IMG/VR virus record: IMGVR_UViG_3300032225_001536
Span: 1 to 61,473 of that record
Reading direction: 5' to 3' (one strand)
Length of the DNA: 61,473 nt
From: a virus
Taxonomy: Duplodnaviria; Caudoviricetes
The translations under genes were made by a program, and so were the position numbers. Below, piece after piece: positions 55,879-61,473 of the stretch. Within the stretch, counting starts at the first letter, position 1, and each line of letters begins with the position of its first letter. The notes below the pieces were generated by a model that saw only the letters and a list, made by a program, of their open reading frames with translations, searched no databases and was not told the origin of the DNA.

Positions 55879-58800
55879 ATGCCTAATGTAACAGTTAATA
55901 CCCCAGGAGCTATAAAGGTACAAATAGGTTCTCAGTCTGGTGGTTCCGTACAACAAGTAAATTTTGCAGCCACTACAATTAAAGCTGCTACTGATGTAGT
56001 TTTAGGTACACCAAATACAGGTGATGCGTTAATTTATAATTCATCAAATGGTAATTTTATTGTTGCTAAAGCACCTGCAATTGATGATATAGCTAGAACC
56101 ACATCGACATATGCTTACAATCAAGCCAACTCAGCATCTCTCTATGCAAATGGTGCTTTCACATTAGCAAATGCGTCATATCTTCAGGCTAACTCAGCAT
56201 ATGTTTCGGCAATAAATTTTGGTGCTCAAATACCATTTGTTTTTAATCAAGCAAATGCATCATTTCTTCAAGCCAACTCAGCAAATAGTTTAGCACAAGC
56301 AGCCTATAATCAAGCCAATGCGGCAGGTTCATCTGCAAATACGATTGGTGCTTTTACACAAGCCAATTCATCATATAACCAAGCAAATTCTGCTGCACTA
56401 TATGCGAATTCGGCTTTAATTTTGGCGAATGCTTCATTTGCTGCAGCCAATAATGTATTTCCACAAATTCAACCAGCATATAATACTGCTAATGCGGCTT
56501 TCATCAAAGCAAATTCAGCATATGCGCAGGCAAACTTAGATTTTACAAATATTTCCGCAACTGCTGGAATATATGGTTCAAACTCTCTTGTTCCTGTTGT
56601 TACTTTAGCTGCAAATGGCCGTGTTTCTAACATTAGCACAATTGCAGTTACAACTGGCGGTGGTTCTGGAACAGCTTTAACTTATATCACATTAAACAAA
56701 CAGTCATATACTGCTTCTGAAGCACAAACAGTTTTTGCAATTGACTACACATCAAATGTGATGGTATTCTTAAATGGTAGTGAATTGGATCCTTCCGAAT
56801 ACATAGGAACAGGTTCTTCAATTACATTAACAAATGCTGCATCAGCTGGTGATATTATTGATTTGTATGGTTACAAATATAATACATCGTCAAACTATCA
56901 GTTGAATATTGCCAATACTACGGCATCAACATCAAATACAACTGGTGCCTTGACTGTCAGCGGCGGCGTTGGTATTACGGGTAATCTTTATGCTGGTAAT
57001 ATCGTTCTTGGTGGTGCCAATTCAATAACGTTTGGTGATGGTACAGTACAAACTACGGCAGGTGGTGGTTCTGCAGCAGCTGCAGGTTCTTATGCCAATT
57101 CAGCGTATGGTGTTGCTAATTCAACATCAACATATGCTAACGGTGCATTTATACAAGCCAATAACGAACCTAAGGCAGTAACTGCCGGTACATATTCCAA
57201 TTCTGCTTATACTCAGGCGAACACAGCAACAACTAATGCAGCAACAGCTGACACAAAAGCAGTAACTTCTGGTTTATATGCCAACTCTGCGTATACGCAA
57301 GCAAATACAGCAACTACAAACGCTGCTACAGCAGATTCTAAGGCAGTTACGGCAGGTACATATGCTAATGCTTCTTATACTCAAGCAAATACGGCAACTA
57401 CCAATGCAGCCACGGCAGATTCTAAAGCAGTTACAGCAGGTACGTATGCCAATTCATCATTTGGCGTGGCCAATTCGGCATCAACATATGCAAACGGTGC
57501 ATTTACACAAGCCAATAACGAACCAAAAGCAGTTACATCAGGTACGTATGCCAACGCTGCGTATACTCAAGCAAATACAGCAACAACTAATGCAGCAACA
57601 GCAGATTCCAAAGCGGTAACTGCTGGAACTTATGCCAATTCAGCATATGCTCAAGCAAATGGTGCTTCCGTTTATGCTAACGGAGCTTTTGTACAGGCCA
57701 ATGCATCATATAACAGTCAAAATACAACCGGTGTTTATGCAAATGCTGCATTCACCAAAGCAAACAATGCTTTACCTTCGACTGGTGGTACAATTACTGG
57801 TTCAATTACCATTACTCAGGATACTACAGTTCAAGGTAACTTGTATATTTTAGGTAATACAACATCAATCAATACAAGTTCTTTTACCGTAAATGATACT
57901 TTATTGATACTTGGTCTTGGTAACTATACGACTGATGTATTAGATATTGGTTTTGCTTCACATTATAATGCTGGTGTAAATGCACACACAGGTTTGATTA
58001 GAGATTCGGACACTAAAGAATGGATATTCTTTGATGGTTATACGCCCGAAGTAACACCAAATAACAATATTATTATTACCGACCCATCTTTTAGATATGC
58101 CAATGTAACAGCAAATACATTTAAAGGTAATCTAATTGCAAACAACGTAGTTATAAATGGATACAATGTATTTACATATATAACTAGCGCATACACACAA
58201 GCAAATTCTGCTTATGGTTCACAAAATACTTCTGGCATATATGCCAATTCAGCATATGCTCAAGCAAATGGTGCTTCCGTTTATGCTAACGGTGCTTTTG
58301 TTCAAGCAAATGCTGCGTATGCAGCAGCCAATGCTTCAGGTTCTTCTGCAAATATTATTTCAGCGGCAACGTATGCTAATGGTGCATTCATTCAGGCAAA
58401 CACAGCGACTACAAATGCAACGGCTGCTGGAACTTATGCTAACGCTTCTTATACACAAGCGAACACAGCAACAACCAATGCAGCAACGGCCGATTCTAAA
58501 ACAGTCACGGCAGGTACGTATGCTAATAGTTCATATACACAAGCCAATACAGCGACTACAAATGCAACGGCTGCTGGAACTTATGCCAATTCAGCATATA
58601 CCCAAGCAAATACTGCCACTACAAATGCAGCAACAGCTGACTCCAAGGCAGTCACGGCAGGTACGTATGCTAATGCCTCTTACACACAGGCAAATACTGC
58701 TACAACCAATGCTGCGACTGCCGATTCTAAAGCGGTAACTTCTGGTACATATGCCAATTCAGCATATACACAGGCAAATACAGCAATTAACAATGCTTCT

Positions 58801-61473
58801 GGTGCTTCATTATATGCGAATAGTGCATTTACACAAGCAAATGCTGGATATACTCAAGCCAACACAGCAACAACCAATGCAGCAACTGCTGATTTTAAGG
58901 CAGTTACAGCAGGTACCTACGCTAACTCATCATATACCCAAGCAAATACTGCCACTACAAACGCTGCGACAGCAGATTCTAAGGCAGTAAGTGCTGGTAC
59001 ATATGCCAATTCAGCATACACTCAGGCCAACACGGCAACTAATAATGCTTCTGGTGCTTCATTGTATGCTAATGGTGCTTTCATTCAGGCCAACAGTTCA
59101 TTTGGTATATCAAATTCATCATCAATATACGCCAATGGTGCTTTCGTACAAGCAAATGCAGCTTTTACCAAAGCAAATACAGGAAGTACTCCTTCTGGAT
59201 TCTTAGGTAACTCTGTAATATTTGCAAATACCACTGGTTACCTGTCGAACACAAGTACTTTACAATTCTATGGTTCAAATAATAATCTTTCTATTAGTGG
59301 AAACTTAATAGTAAATTATACTGGTGGTGCAGGCAATCAAAATACAGTAGCCTTATTATCAGGTGCCAACACTAAAGGTGGTACAGGTTATTCCGACTTT
59401 ATACAAGCAACTAATTTATCTGGTGGTGTAACTTATCCAAACAAGTATTTCCGTTTAGATTCAAACGGTCAATTACAGATTATTAATTCTGGTTATACAT
59501 CAAGCATTTTTAACTTAAATGATACTGGTGTATTAACTGTACCATACTTCTCTGGTATATCTTTAACACCAAGTGGTGGTGGTGTTATTACTTTTGCTGA
59601 TGGCACTACACAATCTACAGCGGCTAGTGGTGCTGCTACTGATGCAACAGCAAGAACTACAGCTAACGGTGCTTTTGTCCAAGCAAACTCGGCATATAGT
59701 TCACAAAATACTTCTGGCATATACGCAAACTCTGCATATACACAAGCTAATGCTGCCACAACATCGGCAGCTTCTTCTTTTGCTGTGGCCAGTTCAGCAG
59801 CCATCTATGCTAATGGTGCTTTTGTACAGGCTAATTCATCATATAGTTCTCAGAACACCTCAGGTACATATGCCAATTCAGCATATGCTCAAGCAAATGG
59901 TGCCTCATTATATGCTAACGGTGCTTTCGTACAGGCTAATAGTTCTTTTGGTGTTTCAAATTCAGCATCAACTTACGCCAACGGTGCTTTCCTACAAGCA
60001 AACACAGCAACCAACAATGCTTCTGGTGCCTCATTATATGCGAATGGTGCATTTACACAAGCAAACAGTTCATTTGGTGTTGCTAACTCTGCGGCAACTT
60101 ATGCTAATGCAGCCTTTACTCAGGCAAACAACGAACCAAAAGCAGTAACATCAGGCACATATGCCAATAGTTCTTTTGGCCAAGCAAACTCGGCAGCATT
60201 ATATGCTAACGGTTCATTCACACAGGCAAACGCAGCATATACAAGAGCAAATAACTCAATCAATGCAAATACTGGTGGTACAATCACAGGTGATTTGACT
60301 GTTACAGGTAATTTGTTTATTAATGGTACAACAACTTCAGTTAATACTACAACAGTTATAACAACAGATTCATTAATCAAACTTGCAAACAACAATATTG
60401 TAAGTGATTCTCTTGATATTGGTTTTTATGGTGTATCAAACACCGCAGGTTCTTCAGCACCAACTTATCATGGATTAGTAAGACAAGCAGGTTCAAATAA
60501 CTTCTTATTGTTCAAAGGTCTAACACAAGACCCATCAAGCAATGTATTATCATCAGGTTCAGCTACAGCTGCTAACGTTGGTACTTTGATTGCAAACATC
60601 AATGGTTATTTAATTACAAGTAACGGTGTTGATTTATTTGGATTTGCTAATAGTGCTTACAACCAAGCAAATAGTGAACCAAAAGGAACTTCTGCTGGTA
60701 CATATGCTAATGCGGCCTTCTTACAGGCCAATACACCAACTTATGTTGCCAATTCTGCCTCTTTGTATGCTAACGGTTCATTCACACAGGCAAATGCTTC
60801 ATACGGCCAAGCAAACTCAGCAGCACTATATGCTAACGGTGCTTTTGTCCAAGCAAACAGTTCATTTGGTGTTGCTAATTCATCTGCCATTTATGCTAAC
60901 GGAGCTTTTGTACAGGCCAATGCCGCATTTTCACAAGCAAATACAGATGTAACTTCTGTAAGTGTAACAGCAGGTACTTATGGTTCTTCTACAACTGTTC
61001 CAATAATTACATTAGCATCTAATGGTCGTATTTCTGCAATAAGTACAGCTGCAGTTTCTGGTGGAGGTGGAGGCGGTTCAAGTTATGTGACTATCAACAC
61101 AGACAATTTTTCTGCAACAGGTTCTTCAGCAGTATTTACACTGTCAGCTACGCCACCATCAAGTAATAATATTATTGTTAATGTAAATGGTGTACCTCAA
61201 TTAAAATCTTCTTATACTATTAGTGGAACAACTTTAACATTATCAGAAACACCTGTAGTTGGAACCTCAATTGATGTAATAATTTTCTTAAATGGTTCAA
61301 ATGAATCAAATGTTGCAACAGTTGGTACGTATGCTAATAGTGCTTTCACTCAAGCAAATGCAGCATACATACAAGCTAATACACCAACAGCAATTGCTAA
61401 TTCGGCGGCAGTTTATGCTAATGGAGCTTTTATACAAGCAAATGCAGCATACATACAAGCTAATACACCAACA
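55879..61473 (+). CDS. giant tail fibre protein, partial (>1865 aa, runs off the window)
   Basis: ATG 55879 (MPNVTVNTPG...) and in-frame reading at every point checked to the window end; absent from the ORF track because no stop is reached; YAN.AY.QAN heptad blocks alternate with beta modules. Confidence 0.85.
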   Translation, partial: MPNVTVNTPGAIKVQIGSQSGGSVQQVNFAATTIKAATDVVLGTPNTGDALIYNSSNGNFIVAKAPAIDDIARTTSTYAYNQANSASLYANGAFTLANASYLQANSAYVSAINFGAQIPFVFNQANASFLQANSANSLAQAAYNQANAAGSSANTIGAFTQANSSYNQANSAALYANSALILANASFAAANNVFPQIQPAYNTANAAFIKANSAYAQANLDFTNISATAGIYGSNSLVPVVTLAANGRVSNISTIAVTTGGGSGTALTYITLNKQSYTASEAQTVFAIDYTSNVMVFLNGSELDPSEYIGTGSSITLTNAASAGDIIDLYGYKYNTSSNYQLNIANTTASTSNTTGALTVSGGVGITGNLYAGNIVLGGANSITFGDGTVQTTAGGGSAAAAGSYANSAYGVANSTSTYANGAFIQANNEPKAVTAGTYSNSAYTQANTATTNAATADTKAVTSGLYANSAYTQANTATTNAATADSKAVTAGTYANASYTQANTATTNAATADSKAVTAGTYANSSFGVANSASTYANGAFTQANNEPKAVTSGTYANAAYTQANTATTNAATADSKAVTAGTYANSAYAQANGASVYANGAFVQANASYNSQNTTGVYANAAFTKANNALPSTGGTITGSITITQDTTVQGNLYILGNTTSINTSSFTVNDTLLILGLGNYTTDVLDIGFASHYNAGVNAHTGLIRDSDTKEWIFFDGYTPEVTPNNNIIITDPSFRYANVTANTFKGNLIANNVVINGYNVFTYITSAYTQANSAYGSQNTSGIYANSAYAQANGASVYANGAFVQANAAYAAANASGSSANIISAATYANGAFIQANTATTNATAAGTYANASYTQANTATTNAATADSKTVTAGTYANSSYTQANTATTNATAAGTYANSAYTQANTATTNAATADSKAVTAGTYANASYTQANTATTNAATADSKAVTSGTYANSAYTQANTAINNASGASLYANSAFTQANAGYTQANTATTNAATADFKAVTAGTYANSSYTQANTATTNAATADSKAVSAGTYANSAYTQANTATNNASGASLYANGAFIQANSSFGISNSSSIYANGAFVQANAAFTKANTGSTPSGFLGNSVIFANTTGYLSNTSTLQFYGSNNNLSISGNLIVNYTGGAGNQNTVALLSGANTKGGTGYSDFIQATNLSGGVTYPNKYFRLDSNGQLQIINSGYTSSIFNLNDTGVLTVPYFSGISLTPSGGGVITFADGTTQSTAASGAATDATARTTANGAFVQANSAYSSQNTSGIYANSAYTQANAATTSAASSFAVASSAAIYANGAFVQANSSYSSQNTSGTYANSAYAQANGASLYANGAFVQANSSFGVSNSASTYANGAFLQANTATNNASGASLYANGAFTQANSSFGVANSAATYANAAFTQANNEPKAVTSGTYANSSFGQANSAALYANGSFTQANAAYTRANNSINANTGGTITGDLTVTGNLFINGTTTSVNTTTVITTDSLIKLANNNIVSDSLDIGFYGVSNTAGSSAPTYHGLVRQAGSNNFLLFKGLTQDPSSNVLSSGSATAANVGTLIANINGYLITSNGVDLFGFANSAYNQANSEPKGTSAGTYANAAFLQANTPTYVANSASLYANGSFTQANASYGQANSAALYANGAFVQANSSFGVANSSAIYANGAFVQANAAFSQANTDVTSVSVTAGTYGSSTTVPIITLASNGRISAISTAAVSGGGGGGSSYVTINTDNFSATGSSAVFTLSATPPSSNNIIVNVNGVPQLKSSYTISGTTLTLSETPVVGTSIDVIIFLNGSNESNVATVGTYANSAFTQANAAYIQANTPTAIANSAAVYANGAFIQANAAYIQANTPT
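57090..60950 (+). repeat. degenerate coding repeats: 21-bp heptads and 84-bp units (TAGTYANSAYTQANTATTNAATADSKAV)
   Basis: Blocks at about 57090-57780, 58180-59180, 59650-60260 and 60650-60950; variation mostly at third codon positions. Confidence 0.85.

Noticed and set aside
57090-60950. Repeats considered as a CRISPR array or DGR template/variable repeats
   Set aside because: They are in-frame coding repeats without unique spacers, vary mainly at synonymous positions rather than at adenines, and no reverse transcriptase or cas gene is present in the window.
57278-60952. Many Q/L/M-rich ORFs in the track
   Set aside because: They are off-frame or antisense shadows of the repetitive giant fibre ORF starting at 55879.
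1-61473. Stop-codon reassignment (alternative genetic code)
   Set aside because: Core genes are full length in the standard code, and TAA, TAG and TGA all terminate genes.

Overview
This window is a 61.5-kb segment of an AT-rich T4-like myophage genome with cyanophage/freshwater-type gene order. The host is probably a Proteobacterium; the tmRNA tag suggests a Betaproteobacterium. 1-13 kb holds small early genes behind repeated TTGCCA-N16/17-TATAAT sigma70 promoters (HNH nuclease, AAA ATPases, DexA-like exonuclease, metallophosphoesterase, epimerase, DenV-like glycosylase). At 14.1-22.0 kb, between phoH and the PD-(D/E)XK exonuclease, lies a nine-gene RiPP-like modification cluster. It encodes a SPASM radical SAM enzyme, a putative substrate whose 13 clustered Cys are all preceded by Asn/Asp and whose N-terminus resembles a virion adhesin, two small paralogues, five 2OG-Fe(II)/Asp-Asn hydroxylase-like enzymes and a B12-dependent radical SAM enzyme. 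At 23.9-24.25 kb is a circularly permuted (two-piece) tmRNA with tag ANDSRFALAA, followed by an outer-membrane beta-barrel gene. Next come gp33, gp59 and gp32, then a minus-strand tail block with a predicted -1 frameshift (T TTT TTC) joining gp26 to gp51. The baseplate genes follow (gp48, 53, 27-like, 5, 5.4, 25, 6, 7, 8), then large fibre proteins, ending in a >1865-aa Asn-heptad-repeat fibre ORF that runs off the window. All functional calls come from motif recognition and gene order; no database searches were run.
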